Source: an uncultured Spirochaetota bacterium (GTDB lineage Bacteria; Spirochaetota; Brevinematia; Brevinematales; JAOACQ01). From it: a DNA stretch of 64,000 bases. The position numbers were made by a program, and so were the translations under genes. The stretch's first letter is position 1. Each line of letters begins with the position of its first letter. The stretch lies in the NCBI GenBank assembly GCA_963783575.1, contig CAWAOD010000011.1, positions 288,001 to 352,000 of the forward strand. Direction: 5' to 3'. Below the pieces are notes generated by a model. That model had not been told where the DNA came from and ran no database searches. It saw nothing but the letters and a program-made list of their open reading frames with translations. Positions 1-9,312 of the stretch are shown here, in pieces.

Positions 1-205
1 AACGGAGCAGCCTGCGCCTTCTGCCTATCAAACGCATTAATCCTCTTTTTGAGTTATTGTCTTTTTTAAATACTTTAAAATGCTCTGTTAAATGTGCTAT
101 TTTCTGGCTCATAATGGCTATTTGAACTTCAGTAGAACCCGTATCTTTTTCATGCTTGGCATATTCCTGTATTACGGTCTTTTTTTCCGCTCTCGTTAAC
201 GGCAT
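1..205 (-). CDS. rpsO: 30S ribosomal protein S15 (3' end runs off window)
   Basis: Manual translation from ATG at 205: [68 protein letters not shown]; DTGSxEVQ motif; GGAGG RBS at 215-219; follows ribF. Not in ORF track. Confidence 0.97.
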   Translation of the reverse strand, partial: MPLTRAEKKTVIQEYAKHEKDTGSTEVQIAIMSQKIAHLTEHFKVFKKDNNSKRGLMRLIGRRRRLLR

Positions 206-207
206 AT

Positions 208-1182
208 CTATGTTCCTCCAATAATAATATTCCAGATTTTATAAAAATCAGGCGGTATTTTATAGCTTTTATGAAGATTTAAAACCATCTCCTTATCATT
301 ATAAAGGTATTTTTGTAATTCTTCAAGATTATTAAACTTATTTTCTTTTCTAACCCGTTGAATGAAAAAAATAGCAAAGGTATCGCCATTTAACGGTCCG
401 TTATAATTTATAATGTTTGTTTCTATCCTAAGTTGATTGTCCGGAAAAGTCGGCCTGTTTCCGATATAAGTCATTGCCGGATAAAAACTACAGTTAATAA
501 ATGTTAAAGTATAATATACCCCGTTTTGCGGCAATATCTGATTATTTTTTGAAAGATTAATGGTCGGAAAACCGATATGCCTCCCAATACCATTGCCTTT
601 AATGACTTTCGATGAATAAATATAAGGCCTGCCAAGCATTGCTGTTACTGTATTCATTTCTCCCTTTGATATACAATTTCGGATTAAACTGGAGCTGATA
701 ATTTTAGCTTGATTCATTTCATTATATGATAACTGATCTATTACTTTAACTGAAAATTTGTTCAGGAGCGCTTCTCTCTGGAGAAGTTCTATATTTCCCT
801 TATTGTCTTTACCGAATCTAAAATTGAATCCTACAAACAGTGAAGGATTATGTATTTTATTCCTGATTAAATTTATAAAATCAAGAGCTTCTATCATCGC
901 AACTTTTTCAAAATCCAGCAAGAAGATATGTTCCAATCCTGTTTTCTCGATAAATTTTATTTTATAACCATATGGGAATATATAACCGCCGAATTTATCA
1001 GGATATAAAATCTCTATAGGGGATTTTTGAAATGTAATTACAATTGTTGTTTTACCGTTGGCATCATGGATCATGGTATTAATTATCTTCTGATGTCCCA
1101 GGTGTAAACCGTCAAAATTTCCGATAGTGATAAATGCCTCATCCATTTCAGGCAGTTGATCAAGATTCTGATAAATATGCAT
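208..1182 (-). CDS. ribF: Bifunctional riboflavin kinase/FAD synthetase
   Basis: [23 protein letters not shown] and GNRPTF motifs; start moved to MHIYQN (1182), directly after the murJ stop. Confidence 0.95.
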   Translation of the reverse strand: MHIYQNLDQLPEMDEAFITIGNFDGLHLGHQKIINTMIHDANGKTTIVITFQKSPIEILYPDKFGGYIFPYGYKIKFIEKTGLEHIFLLDFEKVAMIEALDFINLIRNKIHNPSLFVGFNFRFGKDNKGNIELLQREALLNKFSVKVIDQLSYNEMNQAKIISSSLIRNCISKGEMNTVTAMLGRPYIYSSKVIKGNGIGRHIGFPTINLSKNNQILPQNGVYYTLTFINCSFYPAMTYIGNRPTFPDNQLRIETNIINYNGPLNGDTFAIFFIQRVRKENKFNNLEELQKYLYNDKEMVLNLHKSYKIPPDFYKIWNIIIGGT

Positions 1183-1183
1183 A

Positions 1184-2737
1184 TTAGTCCTTATTCTTAA
1201 AAATTTCATCAAGTTTAAATATTGATGTTAAAATATAATAAATTCCTGAAAATAAGACAAATTCAAGGCATCCGTATAATATAGCGGTAAAAGGCTTAAG
1301 AGCGGAAAGATAAACATGCCTGTGATAAGGATAAATAATGGATACAGCAATTACCGATATCAGAAAAAATTCAATAATTTTAAGCGACAATTTTTTATAT
1401 AAAGGCCTGACTTTGATAATTTTTCGAAGCTGAATCAGATAAAAGACAAAGATCATCCAGGAGGCTATTACGTCGCCCAGAAAAACGCCATAAAAACCGA
1501 TCGATGGGATTAAGGAACTGAAATAAAATACGAAACTGAAAATAAATACTACAATATTTGCCCTTAAAGGGATCTTTGCATTATGTATCGAATAAAATAT
1601 CCGTTCAAAGATTACGGTGCAGGACATCGGAAACAAAGCTATTGAATAAAGCGAATTGGCAGTATATGTTTTCTGAAGTAATTCCCCATATTTTCCGGTA
1701 TTTCCTGTTAAAAGGCGCATGGTGTCCCTGAATGTTACATTCACAATAGTATCCGGATAAATTATAAAAAAAAGAGCCACAGGAATGATGAAGTAGAATA
1801 AAAGAGTAAAACTTTCAGTCAGGGCTTTTTCAAAGTTCTCGTTTTCTTTTTTTGCGTTAAATCTGGACAAAAGCGGAAGAAGTACTGTTCCGATTGCAAT
1901 TCCAATTATTCCGAGAGGCGCCTCAATAATGGTTATGATGTTAAAAAATACAATCGAAGCCCCTTTGAAAAAAGACAAAAATATTGTCGTGGTAAGGTTT
2001 TTTACAGTCAGGACTGCCATATTTATAGATGTAGGGATGAATAGATTGAAAAAGCTCTTAAGACTTTCATCTTTTAAATTCAGGTAAAATTTGTATTTAA
2101 ATTTAATCTTATAAAGTTCTATGAGTTCGAATAAAAACATGCCAAGACCGCCTGCTGCCACTCCGACGGCCAGTGAATAAACGCCGATCTTCCGGCCTAA
2201 AACCAGGGGACTCAGTACAAACATTATATTGAATAACACCGGTGCAAAAGCCGGAGTTGAAAACCTTTTATGCGAATTTAAAATGCCCATACCAAGTGAG
2301 AACAGAAATATGAATATTGTAAAAGGCATCATAATCATAATCATAATGATTGACTGCTTAAGCTCGACAGTGCCTTTTTTAAATCCGGGAACAAGCGGAG
2401 GGTAGTAAAAAGGGGCCAGCAAAATGCCGGCAACTGTCAATAATGTGGAAAGGATTAAAAAAAGATTGAGGACATTATTGGCGAATAAAGCTGAAGATTC
2501 TTTACTGTCGGAATCCAGTTTTTTTTTATATACAGGTATGAAAGCATTGCTGAACGCGCCTTCACCGATATACCTGCGTAGAGTGTTTGTAATTCTGAAG
2601 GCCAGAACAAATGGGTCTGCGCTTGCTCCAAAAAGATAGCTGATCAGCGGATTCTTTAAGATACCGGTAACCCTGGAAAAAAAAGTCCCGATGGAATTTA
2701 TCAAAGTATGCCGGTAAGATATAAGTCTATTAGCCAT
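1184..2737 (-). CDS. murJ: Lipid II flippase MurJ/MviN
   Basis: SRVTG, RRYIGEGAFSNAFIP, FSTPAFAPVLFN motifs; many TM segments. Confidence 0.92.
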   Translation of the reverse strand: MANRLISYRHTLINSIGTFFSRVTGILKNPLISYLFGASADPFVLAFRITNTLRRYIGEGAFSNAFIPVYKKKLDSDSKESSALFANNVLNLFLILSTLLTVAGILLAPFYYPPLVPGFKKGTVELKQSIIMIMIMMPFTIFIFLFSLGMGILNSHKRFSTPAFAPVLFNIMFVLSPLVLGRKIGVYSLAVGVAAGGLGMFLFELIELYKIKFKYKFYLNLKDESLKSFFNLFIPTSINMAVLTVKNLTTTIFLSFFKGASIVFFNIITIIEAPLGIIGIAIGTVLLPLLSRFNAKKENENFEKALTESFTLLFYFIIPVALFFIIYPDTIVNVTFRDTMRLLTGNTGKYGELLQKTYTANSLYSIALFPMSCTVIFERIFYSIHNAKIPLRANIVVFIFSFVFYFSSLIPSIGFYGVFLGDVIASWMIFVFYLIQLRKIIKVRPLYKKLSLKIIEFFLISVIAVSIIYPYHRHVYLSALKPFTAILYGCLEFVLFSGIYYILTSIFKLDEIFKNKD

Positions 2738-2748
2738 AAATTCCCGTA

Positions 2749-3958
2749 TTAATCAAAAAGAAATTCAAGCTTGAATGCCCAGTATGAATAACCTGCGCCG
2801 TCACGCATCTGGTAAATGCTGGACGGAGCGGCGACAGGATTATTATCCTTATCATTTACAGTATTATTTCCCGCTTTATAGGGTGATGTAATACTTCCGA
2901 ATGTAAAACTTCTTGTGGCGCTGGGACCCCCATTCCAGTTTAAATACCAGTGTTCTTGTAAGGTGCAGCCCGGCCTCAATATTTAATCTGAAACCGTTCT
3001 GCGTAAAGGGATATGAATAAAGCGTAGAATTATTGGTCAATGAATAATTAAAATTACCCCAGCTGAATCCATAACCGACTCCGGCACCAAGCATGAAATA
3101 TTTGGTTGTAATAAAATTCCATAAGAATGACGGATATAGCGTAAACATACTTATTGATGTTTCACTATCGAGATTGCCGGCTATAAAGTCTCCGCCTATG
3201 ACAAACTGGAAAAAGCCCTCGCCGGGGAATTTAAAAGCTCCTTTAAACGCATAAATGTTATTTGTAAATTGAATGGTGGAATTATTTTGAGGCTTTACGG
3301 ATGTAAACATATACCCCAATTCGAAGGCTGAATAAGATGCGGGTTTCCAGGCTTCAGGCTTATTGACTTTTGCCGGGGTATTTTCAGAATTAACCGGATT
3401 TACCGGCTGTATTTTATTATTTGTTGTATTTATTCCGGATTGTTCCTGTTTATAAGGAGGAACATTTTCACCCTTTGTTTTTTTTACCAGTCTGTCCGCG
3501 GCGTCAGGAAGTATATCCATAAGGCCTGTTTTATCCGCTGTTTCAAGCTTATCTGCAAAAACGATCTCCGCGGTTGTCGTATCTATGCCTTTAATATTTA
3601 TTATATATTTTCCTTCATATAATGAAATTTTGCCGACTATGATTTTTGAGGCACCGGCAAGGTTCCCGACTTTTGCGGCGTCGGCCTCGGTCAGGCCGGA
3701 TAACTGAAGCTTTTGTTCTTCAATAATTTTTGCAAGCTGCGTTCTTTCAACCAGAGTGAAATCTTTATTCTGGATATTGACCAATTCCGTTTGAAAGGAT
3801 TCCGTCAATGTTTCGGTATCAAGACTGCTGTCTCCGATGGCTTCAAAAGTTAAAACAGCCATTTTATATTTATTTGTAGCGCCTGTTTCTGCGCTGAAAA
3901 CAGAATTTGATACTGAAATCAACAATATTGAACCCAGTAACAGGAGCCGCCATTTCAT
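2749..3958 (-). pseudogene. Secreted protein with N-terminal CsgG/FlgO-like domain and probable C-terminal outer-membrane beta-barrel; frameshifted near 2927-2931
   Basis: Signal peptide; LVERTQLAKIIEEQKLQLSGL CsgG-type motif; ORF 2876..3958 joins ORF 2749..2979 (ending YSYWAFKLEFLFD) if one G is removed from a G5 run. Confidence 0.7.
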
Positions 3959-4003
3959 AATAAAACCTCCACACCGGAAAGATCAATCAATAATTGCACA
4001 TGT

Positions 4004-4032
4004 ATTATACTTCCAAAAAATCGCTATTTCAA
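4004..4032 (-). promoter_or_regulatory. Sigma70-type promoter for the CsgG-like/murJ/ribF/rpsO run
   Basis: TTGAAA-N17-TATAAT on the minus strand. Confidence 0.7.
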
Positions 4033-4039
4033 TGTACTG

Positions 4040-4093
4040 TATAAAATTCTTTTATAAAAAATTCCTTTATAAAAATTCTTTATCAAGAATTCT
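4040..4093. repeat. Degenerate AT-rich tandem repeat (TATAAAA(A)TTCTT-like, 3-4 copies)
   Basis: tataaaattcttt / tataaaaaattccttt / ataaaaattcttt / atcaagaattct between the dapA stop and the promoter. Confidence 0.5.
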
Positions 4094-4973
4094 ATTTATT
4101 TAATAAGGCCTTTATTTTTAAAATATCTCTGAGCTTTTGTTCATTTTCTTTCTTCATCGGGCAAAGTGGAAGTCTGAATTCAAGATTGTCAATCAATCCC
4201 ATCATAAAGGACGCAGTTTTAACAGGAATAGGGTTTGTTTCAATAAACATAATCCTGTGGACAGGCATTGTTTCAATATGAAGCCTTCTGGCTTTTTCAT
4301 AATCGCCGTTTTCATAAGCTTTAAACATTTCGCTTAATTCTGCAGGTAAAATATTTGCCGTAACTGATATTGCACCGACAGCACCGATTGATAACAGAGG
4401 AAGATTTGTAAAATCATCTCCGGAAAGAAGTATAAATCCGGATTTGGCATTTTCCATAATTTCCGCTGCCTGCTTCAAATCGCCTGTTGCTTCTTTCAAT
4501 CCCACAATATTATTTATTTTTGAAAGCCTGCCGGTTGTTTCCGGAAGCATATTTACTCCTGTTCTTCCGGGAACATTATAGAGAATCATAGGAAGATCCG
4601 TTGAATCGGCGATGGCTTTAAAGTGCTGATATAGCCCTTCCTGTGTTGGTTTGTTATAATAAGGAGTTATTGAAAGATGGTAATCTGCTCCGGCGTTTTT
4701 GGCCCCCTTTGCGAGGTCAATCGCCTCCATTGTGGAATTAGACCCGGTACCTGCAATAACCGGGATTCTTTTATTTACCTTGCTAACAACAAAACGGATT
4801 AAATCGATATGCTCCTTGTGATTAAGGGTAGCCGATTCCCCGGTGGTCCCGCATGGAACTATTCCGTCAGTACCCTTTAGAATATGGTATTCTATAAGTT
4901 TTTCAAGCCCTTCATAATCCACTTTATTATTGTTAAACGGAGTTATTAGTGCTACCATTGATCCTTTTAACAT
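4092..4973 (-). CDS. dapA: 4-hydroxy-tetrahydrodipicolinate synthase
   Basis: GTTGES, YNVPGRTG, GLKEA, ETNPIPVK motifs; start MLKGS with GGAGG RBS. Confidence 0.97.
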   Translation of the reverse strand: MLKGSMVALITPFNNNKVDYEGLEKLIEYHILKGTDGIVPCGTTGESATLNHKEHIDLIRFVVSKVNKRIPVIAGTGSNSTMEAIDLAKGAKNAGADYHLSITPYYNKPTQEGLYQHFKAIADSTDLPMILYNVPGRTGVNMLPETTGRLSKINNIVGLKEATGDLKQAAEIMENAKSGFILLSGDDFTNLPLLSIGAVGAISVTANILPAELSEMFKAYENGDYEKARRLHIETMPVHRIMFIETNPIPVKTASFMMGLIDNLEFRLPLCPMKKENEQKLRDILKIKALLNK

Positions 4974-5032
4974 AACAACCTCCAGAAAGTATATGTTGTG
5001 TTTAGACATATGCTTTATGCTTTTGAAGAAAA

Positions 5033-5061
5033 ATTATAAAAGATATTGAGATTATAGTCAA
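5033..5061 (-). promoter_or_regulatory. Sigma70-type promoter of dapA
   Basis: TTGACT-N17-TATAAT on the minus strand. Confidence 0.75.
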
Positions 5062-5095
5062 GGAAGCGTTTTGCTTCCAGAGGAAGCGTTTTGCT
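5061..5095. repeat. 15-bp direct repeat AGGAAGCGTTTTGCT x2 (20-bp period); first copy extends to a palindrome
   Basis: Copies at 5061-5075 and 5081-5095; GGAAGC-GTTTT-GCTTCC at 5062-5078. Confidence 0.85.
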
Positions 5096-5142
5096 CACCC
5101 TCAAGTTGAATCGTGGAAATTTGGGCTTAATTACAATTAATC

Positions 5143-5171
5143 TTGACAGAATAAATTCCAGCTCATAAAAT
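5143..5171 (+). promoter_or_regulatory. Sigma70-type promoter of lysA
   Basis: TTGACA-N17-TAAAAT. Confidence 0.8.
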
Positions 5172-5215
5172 AAAGTTAAAGTATTTCTTTGCACTTAACA
5201 AATTGGAGGATTTGC

Positions 5216-6478
5216 ATGCAGTCTATCTCGGTAAAGAATAACGAGCTTATTATAGGTGGAATTTCGGCAAGGGAATTAGTGGCTGAATTCGGGAGTCCCT
5301 TATATGTATATGATGAGTCCATAATTATTGAAAAATATCAAAAACTTTATAATTCCATAAATTATGATAAAAAAAGGATACATTATGCCATGAAAGCGAA
5401 CAGCAATCTTCGTTTTTTACAGGTATTGGAAAAAGAGGGGAGCTTTATCGATGCAGTATCGAAAGAAGAAGCCCTGATTGCATTAAAAGCCGGTTTTTCA
5501 CCGGACAGGGTATTGTTTACAACTGCAAATTTAACCCTGGAAGAGATGAGGTTTGCCGTTGAAAATAAGATAATTATAAATATAGGATCGTTATACAACT
5601 TACAAATCTATGCTGAAAATTTTAAAGGTACATCCATGTCAATCAGAATTAACCCTGATTTTGGCGCCGGTCATCACAGCCATGTTGTAACAGGGGGAAG
5701 AAACAGTAAATTCGGAATTTTTTACGATGAAATTAATCCGATTGATTTGATTGAAACCAAAAAGATCATAAAAGATTTTAATCTAAAATTAACCGGTGTG
5801 CATGCCCATATCGGCTCCGGTATTCTGGAAGTAGAAAAATATGTTGAATTGATGGAGATAATTCTTAAATTAGCCGGAGGTTTTCCCGGACTTGAATTTA
5901 TAGATGTCGGAGGTGGAATTGGCGTGCCTTACCGTCCGGAAGAAAAGGATTTTGATCTTGTGAAATTGGGCATATTTATTGGAGATATGATGAGTTCTTT
6001 TACCAAAAAATATGGAAGCAGGCCTTATCTGGCTCTGGAACCAGGGAAATTTCTTTCCGCCGAATCAGGCTTCCTTCTAACAACAGTCACCGATATAAAA
6101 AATAACCCTAAATTCTCTTTTGCCGGAGTTGACTCTGGTTTTAACCATTTAATCAGACCTATGGCTTACGGTAGCTATCATCATATTATCAATGCCTCCA
6201 GAATTGAGGATGTTAAAAAAAATGTTGTTATTGCCGGTTATCTTTGTGAAAGCGGCGATACTTTTACACGATCTGAAGAAGGGATTGAAGCGAGAGAAAT
6301 TTCAAATCCGCAGCCTGGAGATATTCTTGCCATCCTTAATGCCGGCGCCTACGGTTATTCAATGTCTTCTAACTATAATTCACGCCCGCGTCCCGCCGAA
6401 GTGATGGTCAGGGAAGGAACCGCCAGGCTGGTCCGCCGCAGGGAAAATTTTGAGGATTTAACTGCGACGCAAATTTAA
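5216..6478 (+). CDS. lysA: Diaminopimelate decarboxylase
   Basis: YAMKAN (PLP Lys), SKFG, HAHIGS, GGG, EPGK, CESGD, GAYG..MSSNYN; ATG 5216 with GGAGGA RBS. Confidence 0.97.
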   Translation: MQSISVKNNELIIGGISARELVAEFGSPLYVYDESIIIEKYQKLYNSINYDKKRIHYAMKANSNLRFLQVLEKEGSFIDAVSKEEALIALKAGFSPDRVLFTTANLTLEEMRFAVENKIIINIGSLYNLQIYAENFKGTSMSIRINPDFGAGHHSHVVTGGRNSKFGIFYDEINPIDLIETKKIIKDFNLKLTGVHAHIGSGILEVEKYVELMEIILKLAGGFPGLEFIDVGGGIGVPYRPEEKDFDLVKLGIFIGDMMSSFTKKYGSRPYLALEPGKFLSAESGFLLTTVTDIKNNPKFSFAGVDSGFNHLIRPMAYGSYHHIINASRIEDVKKNVVIAGYLCESGDTFTRSEEGIEAREISNPQPGDILAILNAGAYGYSMSSNYNSRPRPAEVMVREGTARLVRRRENFEDLTATQI

Positions 6479-6519
6479 TTTAATTTTTTGTTAATATTAT
6501 TAAAATTATGAATTTCTTA

Positions 6520-6548
6520 TTGTTTTTTTTATTAAAATAAGTTAAAAT
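6520..6548 (+). promoter_or_regulatory. Possible sigma70 promoter for the Cache/MCP operon
   Basis: TTGTTT-N17-TAAAAT in AT-rich DNA. Confidence 0.4.
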
Positions 6549-6550
6549 AA

Positions 6551-6711
6551 ATTAATTGAACGAGTTGTTCTTTTTTTTAAATTTCAGGCTTATAATCATT
6601 TCAAAATTTTAGGGCAATATGATGGTACTTTTACTCCATTAAAAGTATCTGCCTAATACAATAAAACTATCATATTGCTTCAATTAATAAATACAAAACT
6701 TCAGAACAGCT
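6551..6711 (+). other. Structured intergenic/leader region (nested inverted repeats)
   Basis: 6612-6625 pairs with 6667-6680 (14 bp including G-U); inner stem 6626-6633/6640-6647; 6563-6571 pairs with 6703-6711. Confidence 0.45.
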
Positions 6712-6811
6712 GGAATTTTTATTTAATAATTGGAATTAGCGATATTGTATTTAATTAAGAATCTTTCCGATAACAAATACAAAAAAATTTCTATATTTTA
6801 GGAGGAGCGGA

Positions 6812-7273
6812 ATGCGTAAGTTAATTCTGGTATTGTTGTGCGGTTTTTTGTTTACAGGACTTATTTTCGGTAAAACGCAAAAGCATGGAACTGCTAAAGA
6901 GGCAATTGCACTGTCTGAAAAAGGATTGGCCTATTACAAAGAAAATGGACAGGAAAAGGCTTTCCAGGCTTTCAGCGATACCAACGGTCAGTTTGTTCAG
7001 GGGGATTTGTATCTTTTTGTCGTGGATTTCAATGGCTTAGTTTTTGCTCATGGCGGGAATAATGGTCTGATAGGGAAAAATATGATGGAATTAAAAGACC
7101 CTGACGGAAAATTGTTCATCAAAGATTTCATAGAATTGGCCAAAACAAAGGGTAAGGGCTGGGATGATTATAAGTGGACTAATCCTGTAACAAAAAAAAT
7201 CCAGGCTAAATCAACTTATATCGTTAGGTTAGAAGATAAGGATATGTTCATCGGCTGTGGGATTTACAAATAA
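6812..7273 (+). CDS. Stand-alone secreted single Cache-domain protein
   Basis: Signal peptide; DLYLFVVD..G..FAHG..LIGKN..LKDPDGK.FI, GW.DYKW.NP..K.TY sCache_2-type motifs; GGAGG RBS. Confidence 0.88.
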   Translation: MRKLILVLLCGFLFTGLIFGKTQKHGTAKEAIALSEKGLAYYKENGQEKAFQAFSDTNGQFVQGDLYLFVVDFNGLVFAHGGNNGLIGKNMMELKDPDGKLFIKDFIELAKTKGKGWDDYKWTNPVTKKIQAKSTYIVRLEDKDMFIGCGIYK

Positions 7274-7346
7274 ATTTAAATTATTAAGTCTCGAAAATAA
7301 TTTTGATAATTTTTTCTTTATTTTGTATCTAAATTTGGATTTTAAT

Positions 7347-7419
7347 AGACAGGCGGTAATTATTCTTATCTTAAAATGGTTTAGTAAGACATTTTAAGAT
7401 AAGAAAACATCGCCTGTCT
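7347..7419. repeat. Long imperfect hairpin between the Cache gene and MCP1
   Basis: AGACAGGCGG/TCGCCTGTCT outer stem plus perfect 16-bp inner stem TTCTTATCTTAAAATG (7363-7378)/CATTTTAAGATAAGAA (7390-7405). Confidence 0.85.
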
Positions 7420-7456
7420 TACTTATGCCAGGCATTTATTTTTAAGGGGGGTTTGT

Positions 7457-9298
7457 GTGAACAAGCTTTTAAAAAATTTAAAAATGATGTATAAGATAAT
7501 TTTTCTTGTATTAATTATGGTTTTGTTTCTAATTTCATTAGGCATTTCAATTTTTTATATTTTAAATAATCAGGAAAAAAATATATTAACAATATTCAAT
7601 AATAGAATTAAAAAAGTGGAAATCAGCACAGCCATTCATGAAAATATATTGAATGTTCACACTCACCTGTTCGAGATAATCTGCTGGCAAAATGCCAATT
7701 ATCAGAGTTCACAAATAAAAGAACTGGGCGATGAACAGAGGGTAGCCATCGGTAATACAATCAAGCAGATTGACGATATGATAAAATCCGGCGATTTAAC
7801 GAAAGAAGAAAATACACTCTTTAATGAATCTTTGAATAATATGTCTGAATACAAAGATTGGGCATTTAAAGTTTTAGATATGGCACAGATAGATTTAGCT
7901 ACCGCAACTATGTTTATGAGTACGGCGAATGATAAGTTCACTTTATTAAAAAATACTTTGAGTAAATTGGAGGATCTTGAGGATAAGTTGAGTACTTCAA
8001 ATTATAATTCAACGGTAAGAAATAAAATGTTCGTTTTCATAGCGGTTATGTGTATATTCATTGTTTGTCTTATATTAATATCTGTCTATACCGGAAGAGC
8101 CATAGTAGCGCCGATTAAGGAAGTGATAGCTATCATAAAAGTTATTTCCAAAGGGGATTTTACAAAAAAATTGCATATTCACTCAAAGGATGAAATGGGA
8201 GAACTGGCCGAAGATTTTGAATGGCTTAAAAGTAACCTTAATGATGATCTCTTGAATGTTGAGAAGATTTCAAGAAAACTAAAACAGCTATCGGACAATT
8301 CAGGTTCGATTCTGGAAAAATCGTCTATAAGTATCGATTCAATTCAGTCCAGTACAAAAAGCATTGATATACAAACGGGAAATTCCACATCCGGAATTGA
8401 AGAATTGACGGCCACTCTTGAAGAAATGTCGAGAAATATAGACAGTATTATGAATAATATGGTAAGACAGGCATCGGCAGTCGAGGAGGGGGCGAGCCCA
8501 ATTGAAGAGATGGTTAGAAATATAGAAAATACAACGACAATGTCAAAAAAAACCTATGAAATATCAAATAATTTAAACAATGTTGCGAATGAGGGCGGTA
8601 ACGCTGTTAAGAATTCAATTCAATCGATAAAAGATGTAGCGGAATATTCTCAGCAAATATTGAAATTGCTTGGTTTGATTACTAATATTGCCAAACAGAC
8701 AAACCTGCTTGCCATGAATGCGGCAATAGAAGCGGCTCATGCGGGAGAGGCAGGTAAAGGATTTGCTATTGTCGCCGACGAAATAAGAAGGCTTTCCGAG
8801 GATACTAATAAAAATGCGAAAGATATTGGAGATGTTGTAAGCACAATTGTTTCAAGGATTGAAGATTCTGTTAAGCTTGCAGAAAAAGCTGGAGTGGGTC
8901 TTGATATGATTACTATGTACTCCCAACAGAATGTCCAGATAATTAATCAATTGAATGTTGCGATGGCCGAACAGAATAATGGTGCCAAGGAAATTTTAAA
9001 AGCGACTCAGGATCTTGTGAAGATTACCGAAGAAGTTAAAGTGTCAATGACAGAACAAAAAGGTGCCACCGATGATTTTGGGGATGCGCTTAAAAATCTG
9101 AGGGATCTGTCACTAGAAAACAAGAATAATATTAAAAAATTTATTGAAGATCTCAGGCAATTAATCAATTATGTCAATGAAATGAAAAAGATAATCGATG
9201 AAAATCAAAACCAGGCGAATTCGCTTCATAATCTTGTTGCGAAATTTGTTCTTGAAAACAAAGGAGAGGAAAAAACAGGATTGAAACTTGTTGAATGA
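7457..9298 (+). CDS. Methyl-accepting chemotaxis protein (four-helix-bundle sensor, HAMP)
   Basis: Two TM segments, HAMP (DEMGEL), [36 protein letters not shown] signalling hairpin; GTG start. Confidence 0.95.
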   Translation: MNKLLKNLKMMYKIIFLVLIMVLFLISLGISIFYILNNQEKNILTIFNNRIKKVEISTAIHENILNVHTHLFEIICWQNANYQSSQIKELGDEQRVAIGNTIKQIDDMIKSGDLTKEENTLFNESLNNMSEYKDWAFKVLDMAQIDLATATMFMSTANDKFTLLKNTLSKLEDLEDKLSTSNYNSTVRNKMFVFIAVMCIFIVCLILISVYTGRAIVAPIKEVIAIIKVISKGDFTKKLHIHSKDEMGELAEDFEWLKSNLNDDLLNVEKISRKLKQLSDNSGSILEKSSISIDSIQSSTKSIDIQTGNSTSGIEELTATLEEMSRNIDSIMNNMVRQASAVEEGASPIEEMVRNIENTTTMSKKTYEISNNLNNVANEGGNAVKNSIQSIKDVAEYSQQILKLLGLITNIAKQTNLLAMNAAIEAAHAGEAGKGFAIVADEIRRLSEDTNKNAKDIGDVVSTIVSRIEDSVKLAEKAGVGLDMITMYSQQNVQIINQLNVAMAEQNNGAKEILKATQDLVKITEEVKVSMTEQKGATDDFGDALKNLRDLSLENKNNIKKFIEDLRQLINYVNEMKKIIDENQNQANSLHNLVAKFVLENKGEEKTGLKLVE

Positions 9299-9312
9299 GT
9301 TTGGGGGAATTT

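Noticed and set aside
4040..5095. CRISPR-like arrays from the short repeats at 4040-4093 and 5061-5095
   Set aside because: Too short, no unique spacers, no cas genes
6600..6700. c-di-GMP-I or fluoride riboswitch
   Set aside because: GGGCAA and GCCTAA are present but the GAAA tetraloop/GCAAAG core and the fluoride consensus are not; kept only as an unassigned structure
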